NCBI GenBank assembly: GCA_963754575.1
Contig: CAVWGQ010000006.1
Span: 121,853 to 185,852, forward strand
Direction of reading: 5' to 3'
From: an uncultured Actinomycetota bacterium
Lineage (GTDB): Bacteria > Actinomycetota > Actinomycetes > Propionibacteriales > Nocardioidaceae
Length of the DNA: 64,000 nt
Positions within the stretch are counted from its first letter, which is position 1. The number at the start of each line of letters is the position of its first letter. Below, one piece after another: positions 9,666 to 19,187 of this stretch. The notes under the pieces were generated by a model that saw only the letters and a program-made list of their open reading frames with translations, was not told where the DNA came from and did no database searches. A program made the position numbers and the translations under genes.

Positions 9666-10534
9666 TGGCCACCGTCGTCGAGGTGACCGACCCGGCCGAT
9701 CCGCGGCTCGCCGACTACCGCGACCTGCGCGACGTGGAGCTGCGCAAGCACCTCGAGGCCGAGCACGGGCTGTTCCTCGCCGAGGGCGAGAAGGTCGTAC
9801 GCCGGGCGGTGGAGGGTGGCTTCGAGCCGCGGTCGTTCCTGATGGCGCCGCGGTGGCTGGACGGCCTCGCCGACGTGCTCGGCACCACCGACGCCCCCTG
9901 CTACGTCATGTCCGAGGCGCTGGCCGAGGAGGTCACCGGCTTCCACGTGCACCGCGGTGCGCTGGCCTCGCTGCACCGCCGGTCGCTGCCGACCGTCGAC
10001 GAGGTGCTCGACGGAGCCCGCTCGGTCCTCGTCCTCGAGGAGGTGGTCGACCACACCAACGTCGGGGCGATCTTCCGCAGCGGGGCGGCGCTGGGCTTCG
10101 ACGCGGTGCTGCTGGCCCCGCGCTGCGCGGACCCGCTCTACCGGCGGGCGATCAAGGTGGCGATGGGCGCCGTCTTCTCGATGCCCTGGACCCGCCTCCC
10201 CGAGTGGTACGACGCGCTGCCCGCGCTGTCCGCGCGCGGGTTCACCACCGTGGCCATGACCCTCGCCGAGGACGCGGTGCCGATCGGGCAGGCGGTCGAC
10301 GGGGTCGAACGGGTCGCCCTGGTCCTCGGCTCCGAGGGCCACGGGCTGTCGCGGCACTGGGAGACCTCGGCCGACCGCCGGGCCGTGATCCCGATGGCCG
10401 CGGGCATCGACTCGCTCAACGTGGCGGCCGCCTCCGCGGTCGCGTGCTACGTCGCGGCCGCCCGGCGTACCCCGGGGTGGCCTAGTCGTGATGCCCAGGC
10501 ACGTCGGTCGAGATCGTGTGACGACACGACCTGA
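9665..10534 (+). CDS. TrmH/SpoU family RNA methyltransferase (C-terminus extended into an IS remnant)
   Basis: VDHTNVGAIFRS, LGSEGHGL and IPM..GIDSLNVAAA SPOUT motifs. Confidence 0.9.
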   Translation: MATVVEVTDPADPRLADYRDLRDVELRKHLEAEHGLFLAEGEKVVRRAVEGGFEPRSFLMAPRWLDGLADVLGTTDAPCYVMSEALAEEVTGFHVHRGALASLHRRSLPTVDEVLDGARSVLVLEEVVDHTNVGAIFRSGAALGFDAVLLAPRCADPLYRRAIKVAMGAVFSMPWTRLPEWYDALPALSARGFTTVAMTLAEDAVPIGQAVDGVERVALVLGSEGHGLSRHWETSADRRAVIPMAAGIDSLNVAAASAVACYVAAARRTPGWPSRDAQARRSRSCDDTT

Positions 10535-10745
10535 AGGTGTGGATGGGTGCAACGCCTCCGGTGTGGAGTGGAGCTGTCTGGAAACCGCCCACATCCAGGA
10601 GGCCTTCATGTCCCACGCCACCCACTCCAACGCAGCCCTGACCCTCGTGCACGACTCAGGCGCTGCACGGTCGGCGCGCCGCAGGCGGCCGGGGTGACGA
10701 TCCGCGACGCGAGGAAGCGCCGCTGACACCCAGCACCACAGCAGT
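10482..10745 (+). mobile_element. IS481-family remnant (left end + degenerate transposase N-terminus; possibly MITE-like)
   Basis: CTAGTCGTGATGCCCAGGCACGTCGGTCGAGATCGTG matches the IS end at 61890-61926 in 32/37 positions; ATG 10608 gives MSHATHSNAALT then, with a one-base shift, PRARLR. Confidence 0.75.
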
Positions 10746-10866
10746 GACAGCAGTACCCAGGCCGGCCGGCTGCCCCTCGGGGTGGCCGGCCGGTCGGTCG
10801 TCGGGGAACCCCACGCCCTCGCGTACCGTCCCAGGGGCGGCCATGATTCGAGGAGGAAGCGATCCG

Positions 10867-11295
10867 ATGACGAAGCGCACCCACGCACTCACGACCCCCA
10901 CCCTGTCCGTCCGGCTCGTCACCCTCGTGCTCGCCGGGCTGCTGCTCGGCGGCTGCGGAGGCGACGACGGGACCGCCACCGACCAGCCCGCGGAGGACCC
11001 CGTGTCGAGCTCCACCCCCAGCACCCCCGTCCCCGGTGCCGACTCCCCGGCCGCACGGGCAGCCGTGGCGGCGCTCGCGGCCCAGCTCGACCTCGGCGAG
11101 GACGAGGTCGTGGTGACGAAGGTCGAGGAGGTGACGTGGAAGGACGGCAGCCTCGGCTGCGCCGAGCAGGGCTCGATGTACACCCAGGCCCTCGTCGACG
11201 GCCAGCGCATCCTGCTCGAGGCCGGCGGAGGGACCTACGAGTTCCACGCCGGGGGCGCGCGCGACCCGTTCCTGTGCGAGGAGCCGACCGAGTAG
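10867..11295 (+). CDS. Putative lipoprotein of unknown function
   Basis: RBS GAGGAGG; lipobox LLGGC; domain VTWKDGSLGC..MYTQALV.G.RI.L. Confidence 0.75.
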   Translation: MTKRTHALTTPTLSVRLVTLVLAGLLLGGCGGDDGTATDQPAEDPVSSSTPSTPVPGADSPAARAAVAALAAQLDLGEDEVVVTKVEEVTWKDGSLGCAEQGSMYTQALVDGQRILLEAGGGTYEFHAGGARDPFLCEEPTE

Positions 11296-11366
11296 ATGAC
11301 GAGGGTCGGGCCACGGCACGGCCTTCCCCGACGCATGAGCAGTCGTGCCGCGGGTACGACCCGGCC

Positions 11367-11498
11367 ATGACCACGACACCGCAGGAGCCCGGCGAGAACC
11401 CCGAGATCGTCCCCAGCGGGGACCCCGAGCCGATCCCGACCGACCCGCAGCCCGGCATCGATCCCCACGAGGACCCGCAGACCCAGCCCGCTCCCTGA
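11367..11498 (+). CDS. Small acidic Pro-rich peptide (43 aa)
   Basis: ATG-to-TGA frame with GC-typical codon usage filling the gap between the lipoprotein and def. Confidence 0.4.
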   Translation: MTTTPQEPGENPEIVPSGDPEPIPTDPQPGIDPHEDPQTQPAP

Positions 11499-11522
11499 CC
11501 TCTGAGCTGAGCTGAGTCCGGC

Positions 11523-12116
11523 TCAGGCGGGCCAGCCCTCGGGGAAGTCCTCGGCGGCCTTGTCGTGCGCCTTCTGCAGCTTCTTGCGCAGCTTGGTCGG
11601 CACCCGGTCACCGAAGACGGTGCCCCGCGTGTGGTCGGTCTCGTGCTGGAGGCACCGCGCCAGCAGCCCGTCGCCCTCGAACGTCACCGGCTCGCCGTCC
11701 AGCCCGGTGCCGGTGACCGAGGCGACGTCCGGGCGCGCGCACTCGACGAAGGCGCCGGGGAACGACAGGCAGCCCTCGTCACCGACGTCGAGCTGGCGAT
11801 CGGCACCTTCCGGCACGGTGAGCACGGGGTTGCAGACCACGCCGACGGTGCGCTCGTCACTGTCGTCGGGGCAGTCGAAGACGAAGACGGCGACGTCCTC
11901 GCCGATCTGGCAGGCCGCGAGGCCGACCCCGTCCGCGGCGTACATCGTCGCGACCATGTCGGCCACCAGCGTGCGCAGCGCGTCGTCGTAGGCCGTCACC
12001 GGCTGCTGGGCACGGTGCATCACCGGGGTGCCCCACCGGGTGATCGGGCGGACGGTGCCGCCGGTGGGCAACGGGCCGTGCGGCGCGCGGACGGTCTCAT
12101 CGGGCTGCTCTGCCAT
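11523..12116 (-). CDS. def: Peptide deformylase
   Basis: GVGLAACQIG, EGCLSF and QHETDH motifs. Confidence 0.95.
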   Translation of the reverse strand: MAEQPDETVRAPHGPLPTGGTVRPITRWGTPVMHRAQQPVTAYDDALRTLVADMVATMYAADGVGLAACQIGEDVAVFVFDCPDDSDERTVGVVCNPVLTVPEGADRQLDVGDEGCLSFPGAFVECARPDVASVTGTGLDGEPVTFEGDGLLARCLQHETDHTRGTVFGDRVPTKLRKKLQKAHDKAAEDFPEGWPA

Positions 12117-12196
12117 GGGCGGAAGCCTAGGGAGGTCCTCGCGACGACGTGTGAGCGGGGACACGGCAGGCCGAAGCGCCCAGCCGTGGCGCGCTG

Positions 12197-12213
12197 TGTA
12201 ACTCGGAGTTACA
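12197..12213. promoter_or_regulatory. Perfect palindromic operator-like site upstream of the acyl-CoA dehydrogenase pair
   Basis: TGTAACTC-G-GAGTTACA ends 8 nt before ATG 12222; AT-rich within GC-rich DNA. Confidence 0.7.
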
Positions 12214-12221
12214 TTATCTGC

Positions 12222-13586
12222 ATGTCCCTCACCAGCTACCTCAGACCAGGCGGGAAGCACGGCCTCGCCAGCGGGGAGGCGCGTGACCCGATCGGGTACG
12301 CCGTCGCCGCGCTGAGCCGGATGGCCCAGAGCGACCTGCTCGACCGGGTCGGGCTGCGCAAGCAGGCCGAGCGGGGCGTCTTCACCGTCACCCGCAGCGG
12401 CTTCCGGGCCGCCACCTCCGCCGGTCGCACGTTCCAGCGGGTCGGCTCGGCCGATCAGGGCGGGGTCCGGGTGCCCAGCGCCACCCCGAGCGGCGTCTTC
12501 GACCTGACGCCCACCGAGGACGAGCAGATGCTGGTCGACGTGGTGACCGAGTTCGCCGACGAGGTCGTCCGTCCAGCCGCCGCTGCCGCCGACGACGCGT
12601 GCGCCGCTCCCGACGAGCTGCTGCGCTCCAGCCTGGAGATCGGGCTCCCGATCCTCGGCGTCCCCGAGTCGCTCGGCGGCATCTCCGAGGAGCGCTCGGC
12701 CATGGCCGGCACCCTGGTCGCCGAGGCGCTTGCCAGGGGCGACATGGGACTGGCGGTCGCCACCCTCGCTCCCGGCGCCGTGGCGACCGCGCTCTCGCTG
12801 TGGGGGAACGACCAGCAGCAGCAGACCTACCTGCCGGCCTTCACCGGCGACGACGTCCCTGCCGCCGCGCTCGCACTCGCCGAGCCGCGGGTGCTCTTCG
12901 ACGCCCTCGAGCCCGCCACCACCGCCCTGCGCGACGGCGACGAGATAGTGCTCGACGGGGTGAAGTCCCTGGTGGCCCGCGGGGCCGACGCCGAGCTGTT
13001 CGTGGTCGGCGCGATGTTCGAGGGGAGCCCGGCGCTGTTCCTGGTCGAGGCCGGGACGGACGGGCTCACCGTCGAGGGTGACCCCGCGATGGGGATCCGG
13101 GCGGCATCGCTGACGACGCTCCGGCTCTGCGGCGTCCGGGTCCCGGCCACGGCGCTGCTCGGTGAGGCGGACGGGTCGACGTACACCGAGTGCGTGCGGC
13201 TCTCACGGCTTGCCTGGTGCGCGCTGGCGGTCGGCACCGCGCAGGCGGTCCTCGACTACGTGATTCCCTACGTCAAGGAGCGGGAGGCATTCGGCGAGCC
13301 GATCGCCCACCGCCAGTCGGTGGCCTTCATGGTCGCCGACATCGGCATCGAGCTGCAGGCGATGCGCCTGGTGACCTACCGCGCGGCCTCGCGCGCCGCC
13401 GCAGGCAAGGACTTCTCCCGCGAGGTCGCCCTCGCCCGGTCATTGTGCGCCGACAAGGGGATGCAGATCGGCCTCGACGGCGTCCAGCTGCTCGGCGGCC
13501 ACGGCTACGTCAAGGAGCACCCGGTGGAGCGCTGGTACCGCGACCTGCGCGCCGTCGCGGTGATGGAAGGAACGGTGCTGGTCTGA
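12222..13586 (+). CDS. Acyl-CoA dehydrogenase family protein (FadE24-like)
   Basis: FDLT.TEDEQML, YVKEREAFGEPIAHRQSV and QLLGGHGYVKEHPVERWYRDLR motifs. Confidence 0.9.
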   Translation: MSLTSYLRPGGKHGLASGEARDPIGYAVAALSRMAQSDLLDRVGLRKQAERGVFTVTRSGFRAATSAGRTFQRVGSADQGGVRVPSATPSGVFDLTPTEDEQMLVDVVTEFADEVVRPAAAAADDACAAPDELLRSSLEIGLPILGVPESLGGISEERSAMAGTLVAEALARGDMGLAVATLAPGAVATALSLWGNDQQQQTYLPAFTGDDVPAAALALAEPRVLFDALEPATTALRDGDEIVLDGVKSLVARGADAELFVVGAMFEGSPALFLVEAGTDGLTVEGDPAMGIRAASLTTLRLCGVRVPATALLGEADGSTYTECVRLSRLAWCALAVGTAQAVLDYVIPYVKEREAFGEPIAHRQSVAFMVADIGIELQAMRLVTYRAASRAAAGKDFSREVALARSLCADKGMQIGLDGVQLLGGHGYVKEHPVERWYRDLRAVAVMEGTVLV

Positions 13587-14802
13587 TGCCGATTCACCTG
13601 GACGACCCGAAGCGGCTCCGCACGCTGCGCGACCAGGCCCACCAGGTCGCGATGAACTGCTGCGTCCGGTGTCCCGCAAGTACGACCGCGCCGAGCACGA
13701 GTACCCCAAGGAGCTCGACATGCTCGCGGCGATGATCGACGGGCTCTCCGAGTCCGGCGCGAGCGAGGGTGCCGGTGCCTCCGGCGTACGCCGTGACGAG
13801 CTGCCGCAGGACAAGGCCGGCGTGAAGAACGGCGCCAACCTCGCCTCCGTGATGTCGATCGCCGAGATGTGCTGGGGTGACGTGGGGCTGCTGCTCTCGA
13901 TGCCGCGCCAGGGCCTCGGCAACTCCGCGATCGCCTCGGTCGCCGACGAGGAGCAGCAGGCCCGTTTCGGCGACACCTGGGCCGCGATGGCGATCACCGA
14001 GCCGAGCACCGGCTCGGACTCCGCGAACATCCGGACCACCGCGGTCCTCGACGGTGACGAGTACGTCATCAACGGCGAGAAGATCTACGTCACCTCGGGA
14101 GAACGCGCCGGCAGCGTCGTCGTCTGGGCGACGCTCGACAAGAACCTCGGTCGGGCCGCGATCAAGTCGTTCGTGGTCCAGAAGGGCACCCCGGGGATGC
14201 GGGTGGAGCGGCTCGAGCACAAGCTCGGGATCCGTGCCTCCGACACGGCGGCGATCACCTTCACCGACTGCCGGGTCCCGAAGGAGAACCTGCTCGGCTC
14301 GCCCGACGTGGACGCCAAGCAGGGCTTCGCCGGGGCGATGGCGACCTTCGACAACACCCGTCCCCTCGTGGCGGCCATGGCCGTCGGCGTCGCCCGGGCC
14401 TCGCTCGACCTCACCACCGACCTGCTCGCGCAGGCCGGTGTGGTGGTCGACCACGACCGCCCGGCGCAGGTCCAGCACGCGGCCGCCGCGCGGCTGCTGC
14501 GGCTGGAGGCGGACTGGGAGGGTGCCCGGCTGCTGACGATGCAGGCCGCCTGGATGGCCGACAACCGCCAGCCCAACTCGCTGGAGGCCTCGATGGCCAA
14601 GGCGAAGGCCGGTCGGGTCGGCTCGGAGGTCACCCTCGGCTGCGTCGAGCTGGCCTCGACCCTCGGCTACTCCGAGACCGAGCTGCTCGAGAAGTGGTCG
14701 CGGGACTCCAAGATCCTCGACATCTTCGAGGGCACCCAGCAGATCCAGCAGCTGATCGTCGCCCGACGGCTGCTCGGCCTCTCCAGCGCCGAGCTGAAGT
14801 AA
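13586..14802 (+). CDS. Acyl-CoA dehydrogenase family protein (FadE23-like), frameshift near 13658
   Basis: ATG overlaps the upstream stop; MPIHLDDPK.. joins LRPVSRKYD.. if one base is restored; AITEPSTGSD and KILDIFEGTQQIQ motifs. Confidence 0.88.
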
Positions 14803-14809
14803 CCGCTCG

Positions 14810-15205
14810 TCAGGCCTTCCGGGCGATCCGCTCGGCCACGTCGGCCGGCGTGGAGTCGACCAGGCGCGGCTCGGCCTGCTCGTCGATGCTCGTGACGGGG
14901 GCGGTCCGCGGCGCCGGGGCCGCGGGCTGGACCGGGGCCGGGTCGAGGCCGAGGTCCTCGACGACGTTGACGGCATCGGGCTCGGTGCCGAGAGTGACGG
15001 CGGACGGGGTCGGCCCCGGCGTCGGGACGTCCACCGTCTGCCAGGCCGAGGCGGGTGCCGGGGGACCGGCCACCCGGTCGCGGGCGACCGAGACGGTCCC
15101 TCGGACGAGGCCGAGGGCGCGCGCGGCGATCCTGACGGGCAGCGCGATCACGGCTCCCGCGGCGTGGGTGGTGAGCTGCGGCAGCGAGGAGGGGGACAGG
15201 GTCAC
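14810..15205 (-). CDS. Hypothetical protein
   Basis: RBS AGGAG before GTG; Pro/Ala-rich 131-aa frame. Confidence 0.55.
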   Translation of the reverse strand: MTLSPSSLPQLTTHAAGAVIALPVRIAARALGLVRGTVSVARDRVAGPPAPASAWQTVDVPTPGPTPSAVTLGTEPDAVNVVEDLGLDPAPVQPAAPAPRTAPVTSIDEQAEPRLVDSTPADVAERIARKA

Positions 15206-15300
15206 GACCGGTTCTCCTGGGCAGTCGGGGACAGGACGACGGGCACGGGTGCCCGGTTGCTTCCACCGTACGTCCGTGCCCGCAGCCGCAGTCGGGTCGG

Positions 15301-15588
15301 TCAGGAGACGGCCTTGAACGGGTCGTGGTCGGCGAGGATCTTGTCGACCCTGGCCTGGTCGAGCCGGGCGTAGACGGCCTGGTTCTCCTGGGCGTCCCGC
15401 ACGCACTTGGCGAGGGTGAAGGTCGAGGTGGTCAGGTACATGACCCCCAGGCCCAGGAAGGCCCGGATCCAGGAGTCGACCGGCAGGTAGAGGACCGCGA
15501 AGACCATGGTGATCAGCGCGACGGCGAAGGAGATGCCGGCCTGCAGGAAGAAGGCGTTGGTGTTCTTGGTCGGGTTCGGAGTGCTCAT
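15301..15588 (-). CDS. YiaA/YiaB two-helix membrane protein
   Basis: AFF.QA.ISF..FL.LG..Y..TSTFTLAKCVRD pattern. Confidence 0.85.
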   Translation of the reverse strand: MSTPNPTKNTNAFFLQAGISFAVALITMVFAVLYLPVDSWIRAFLGLGVMYLTTSTFTLAKCVRDAQENQAVYARLDQARVDKILADHDPFKAVS

Positions 15589-15679
15589 GTGGAGAACCAT
15601 CCCGCCGACCCCGCTGCACCGGACCCGCGCGGCTACCCGGTCTGCGCTGAGTAGCCGTACCCGACCACCCCCGGGCGTC

Positions 15680-17017
15680 GTGCAGACTGACCCGGTGGCC
15701 ACCGACACGCGCACCGACCAGCGCACCGCCCAGATCCGCAGCGTCCTCGACGACGCCTTCGCACCCTTGATGAAGGCCGACCCGCAGGCGTTCCGTGGCA
15801 AGTTCCGCAAGATGGCCGGCGACGCGCACGCGTTCTACCGCGGCTCCGCCTGCCTGTTCTACGCCGACGTGACGGCCGAGGAGGATCCCTACGCCACCGA
15901 GCAGTCGGGGCGGATCTGGATCCACGGCGACCTGCACGTCGAGAACTTCGGCACCTACCTCAACTCCGACGGCCGGCTGGTCTTCGACATCAACGACTTC
16001 GACGAGGCCTACCTCGGCCACTTCACCTGGGACCTCCAGCGCTTCGCCGCCTCGCTCGCCCTGATCGGGTGGCAGAAGGCGCTGCCGGAGGAGGACGTGC
16101 GCCGCCTGATCGGCCGCTACGTGCGGTCCTACCTCGCGCAGGTCGACGAGTACCGCCGCAGCGAGGACGACAACGACTTCGCGCTGCACCTGGAGAACAC
16201 CTCCGGCCCGATCCGCGAGGCGCTGGTCAGCGCTCGCTGCAACCGGCGCGCCGACCTGCTCGACGGCACCACCGTCCTGGACGAGGGCGTGCGCAGCTTC
16301 CGCCACGACAGCTCGGTGCGGCAGCTGGCGAAGACCGAGCGGACGAAGGTCGTGAAGGCGTTCGAGCGCTACCTCGAGACCATCCCGCACGACAAGCGGT
16401 TCGATCGCGCGCTGTTCTACGAGCTGCGCGACGTGGTCGGGAAGTCCGGCTTCGGCATCGGCAGCGCCGGGCTGCCGGCGTACAACCTGCTGGTGGAGGG
16501 CTACAGCCAGGCGCTGGACAACGACGTGGTGCTGTCGATGAAGCAGGCGAACATCCCGGCCGTGAGCCGCTTCGTCGACACCTCGGCGATCGACGAGTAC
16601 TTCGAGAACGAGGGGCAGCGCACGGCGGTCAGCCAGCGCGCGCTGCAGGTGCACACCGACCCGCTGCTCGGCCATACGACCCTCGACGGCGTCGGCTTCG
16701 TGGTCAGCGAGGTCTCGCCCTACGAGGTCGACCTTGACTGGGGGGACCTCACCGAGCCCGACGAGATCGCCGAGGTGGTCGACCTGCTCGGGCGCGCCAC
16801 CGCGAAGATCCACTGCGCCTCCGACGAGGACAGCGAGCAGGACCTCGTCGACTTCCAGGTCGAGGAGGCGATCGCCGCCTCGCTGGACCGCCGGCGCAAG
16901 GAGTTCACGACCTGGCTCACCGACTGGGGCATCGCCTACGCCGACCAGGTGCGCGAGGACCACGCGTTCTTCGTGCAGGCGTTCCGCGACGGCTCGATCG
17001 GGGTCTCCGCGACCTGA
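15680..17017 (+). CDS. DUF2252 family protein (kinase-like fold)
   Basis: AFYRGSA, IHGDLHVENFG and FDINDFDEA motifs. Confidence 0.88.
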   Translation: MQTDPVATDTRTDQRTAQIRSVLDDAFAPLMKADPQAFRGKFRKMAGDAHAFYRGSACLFYADVTAEEDPYATEQSGRIWIHGDLHVENFGTYLNSDGRLVFDINDFDEAYLGHFTWDLQRFAASLALIGWQKALPEEDVRRLIGRYVRSYLAQVDEYRRSEDDNDFALHLENTSGPIREALVSARCNRRADLLDGTTVLDEGVRSFRHDSSVRQLAKTERTKVVKAFERYLETIPHDKRFDRALFYELRDVVGKSGFGIGSAGLPAYNLLVEGYSQALDNDVVLSMKQANIPAVSRFVDTSAIDEYFENEGQRTAVSQRALQVHTDPLLGHTTLDGVGFVVSEVSPYEVDLDWGDLTEPDEIAEVVDLLGRATAKIHCASDEDSEQDLVDFQVEEAIAASLDRRRKEFTTWLTDWGIAYADQVREDHAFFVQAFRDGSIGVSAT

Positions 17018-17095
17018 CGCCGATCGGGGAGTGACCTCCGTCTCCCGGCGCCGTTGGTACTGGCACGTACCCCCGGTGACCTCAGGAGGAAGACC

Positions 17096-18532
17096 ATGCG
17101 TCGTGCCCCACGACTCGCTGCAGCGGCCACCCTGGCCGTCGTCGCACTCACGCCCGGACTCCACACCACCAGCGCGGACGCCGCGCTGCCGCTGGTCAAG
17201 GCGAACGTGTCGGACCACCTCGCGCAGCAGCTCACCACGCTGTCGCTGGGGGAGCGGACGACCGTCATGGTGCACGGCACCGACCTCGCCGCCGCCGACC
17301 GCGCCGTCGCCGTGACGGGGATGGCCCGCACCATGAGCTTCGACAAGATCGGGGTGGTGGTGGCGCGGGCGACCAAGGCGCAGATCGCCGCCGCCCGGCT
17401 CCAGCCCGGCGTGACGTACGTCGAGGGCAACCAGCCGATCGAGTTCTCCCAGGTCACCTCCCACGCGGCGACCCGTGGCGCCGAGGCGATGCAGACCCTC
17501 ACGGGTGCCGACGGCACCGCGCTGACCGGCACCGGCACCAGCGTCGGCGTCATCGACTCCGGCGTCGACCCGACCCACCCCTTCCTCACCGAGGAGGACG
17601 GCACCTCGGCGGTCGTCAGCAACAACAAGACGGTGTGCGACCCCTTCGAGGCGTTCTGCGAGGTCATGAACCTCCCGAACAACGTCGACACCGACACCCT
17701 GTCGGTCGGCGGCCACGGCACCCACGTCGCCGGCATCGTCGCCGGTCGGCCCACCGAGCTCTCCGACGGCTCCACGCTGCACGGCGCGGCGCCGGGCGCC
17801 AAGCTGGTCTCCCTGTCCACCGGGGCCGGCCTGGTCATCATCGGCGCCGACACCGCTCTCAACTGGGTGCTGGAGAACCACGAGGCACCGTGCGGCGAGG
17901 GCGTCTCCGCCACCGTCTGCCCGCCGATCAAGGTCACCAACAACTCCTACGGCCCCAGCGGCGGCGGTGAGTTCGACCCCGAGTCGGCGACCGTGAAGCT
18001 GCAGCGCGCGCTGGCCGCCGAGGGCGTCGTCACCGTGTGGGCCGCCGGTAACGACGGCGGCGACGGCTCCGAGAGCCTCACCAACCCGCCGGGACAGGAC
18101 CCCACCGGCGGCATCCTGAGCGTCGCGTCCTACAACGACCTCGAGACCGGCACCCGCGACGGCGAGGTGAGCGAGTTCTCCTCGCGCGGCCTCGAGAGCG
18201 ACCGCTCGACCTGGCCGGACGTCTCGGCCCCGGGCGACACGATCACCAGCTCGTGCCGGATCTACCTCCCGATCTGCACCACCGGGCTCGATTTCGTCGA
18301 GGGCGGCGACTACAACACCATCAGCGGTACCTCGATGGCCGCGCCGCACGTGGCCGGCATCGTGGCGCAGCTGTTCCAGAAGGCGCCGGGCGCCACCCCC
18401 GCCCAGGTCGAGGACGCGATCACCACGACCGCCCACCCGTACGCCGTCGGCGCGCCGTACGCCGGCGGGTCGTCGTACGACAAGGGCGCCGGGCTGGTCG
18501 ACGTCGTGGCGGCCGCGAGCTCGCTTCCCTGA
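17096..18532 (+). CDS. Secreted S8 (subtilisin-like) serine peptidase
   Basis: RBS AGGAGG; signal peptide; VIDSG, HGTHVAG and GTSMAAPHVAG catalytic triad motifs. Confidence 0.95.
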   Translation: MRRAPRLAAAATLAVVALTPGLHTTSADAALPLVKANVSDHLAQQLTTLSLGERTTVMVHGTDLAAADRAVAVTGMARTMSFDKIGVVVARATKAQIAAARLQPGVTYVEGNQPIEFSQVTSHAATRGAEAMQTLTGADGTALTGTGTSVGVIDSGVDPTHPFLTEEDGTSAVVSNNKTVCDPFEAFCEVMNLPNNVDTDTLSVGGHGTHVAGIVAGRPTELSDGSTLHGAAPGAKLVSLSTGAGLVIIGADTALNWVLENHEAPCGEGVSATVCPPIKVTNNSYGPSGGGEFDPESATVKLQRALAAEGVVTVWAAGNDGGDGSESLTNPPGQDPTGGILSVASYNDLETGTRDGEVSEFSSRGLESDRSTWPDVSAPGDTITSSCRIYLPICTTGLDFVEGGDYNTISGTSMAAPHVAGIVAQLFQKAPGATPAQVEDAITTTAHPYAVGAPYAGGSSYDKGAGLVDVVAAASSLP

Positions 18533-18554
18533 GCGGGCTCGCAGCCAGCGGTCG

Positions 18555-19133
18555 TCAGCGCGAGCTGCGGGCGGTGCGGCCCCGGACGACGCCCACGAAC
18601 GCCTGGGTCGCCTCGTCGTCGCGGTCCACCAGCCAGGCGAGGGCTACGGAGGTCGGTGGCAGGTCCGTGACCGGGCGCGAGGCGACGTCCTTGCGCTGGA
18701 AGAGGCGGGCCACCGACATCGGGACCAGCGCCACGCCGCCGCCCGAGCCCACGACCTCGATCGCCTCGCGCTCCGACATCGCCGGCCAGGCGAGCTGGTC
18801 GACGTCGGGCGTCCAGCCGGACGCGTGGGGGCGCACGAGCTGCTCGTCGGCCAGGTCGGCCAGCTCGACCTCGGTGGCGGCCGTGACGAAGTGGTCGCGG
18901 GGGACCACGACGACCGCCACCTCGTCGTACAGCGGGATCAGGTGGAGCCCGTCGCGCTCGACGGGGAGTCGGACCAGGCACATGTCCAGCGAGCCGTCGC
19001 GGAGCATCTGCTCCTGGTCCTCCTCGGCCACCGGCACCAGCTCGAGGGGCTCTCGGCGACGGTCGCGCCACGCGGCCGCCCACTTGTCGGGGGTGGCGCC
19101 GGTGACGAAGCCGACGCGGAGGGGGGCGACCAT
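18555..19133 (-). CDS. Stand-alone LysR substrate-binding domain protein (no HTH)
   Basis: LRVGF..G start, D...VRLP, and GGGVALVP.SVAR C-terminal LysR-type motifs; no N-terminal HTH in frame. Confidence 0.8.
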   Translation of the reverse strand: MVAPLRVGFVTGATPDKWAAAWRDRRREPLELVPVAEEDQEQMLRDGSLDMCLVRLPVERDGLHLIPLYDEVAVVVVPRDHFVTAATEVELADLADEQLVRPHASGWTPDVDQLAWPAMSEREAIEVVGSGGGVALVPMSVARLFQRKDVASRPVTDLPPTSVALAWLVDRDDEATQAFVGVVRGRTARSSR

Positions 19134-19187
19134 GCCCCGACCGTACCGCCGACCCCGCCTGCGGGCCCGGGCCGGGACACTGGTGCG

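Noticed and set aside
17049-17070. GCCGTTGGT partial match to the repeat motif
   Set aside because: Only the first 9 nt match, the CCAATCGGC arm is missing and there is no partner at 41 bp.
14810-18436. Very long antisense ORFs (e.g. 14810-18436, 34342-38115, 2100-4853, 57281-60361)
   Set aside because: Shadow frames of real genes, expected in high-GC DNA with strong codon bias; no protein motifs.
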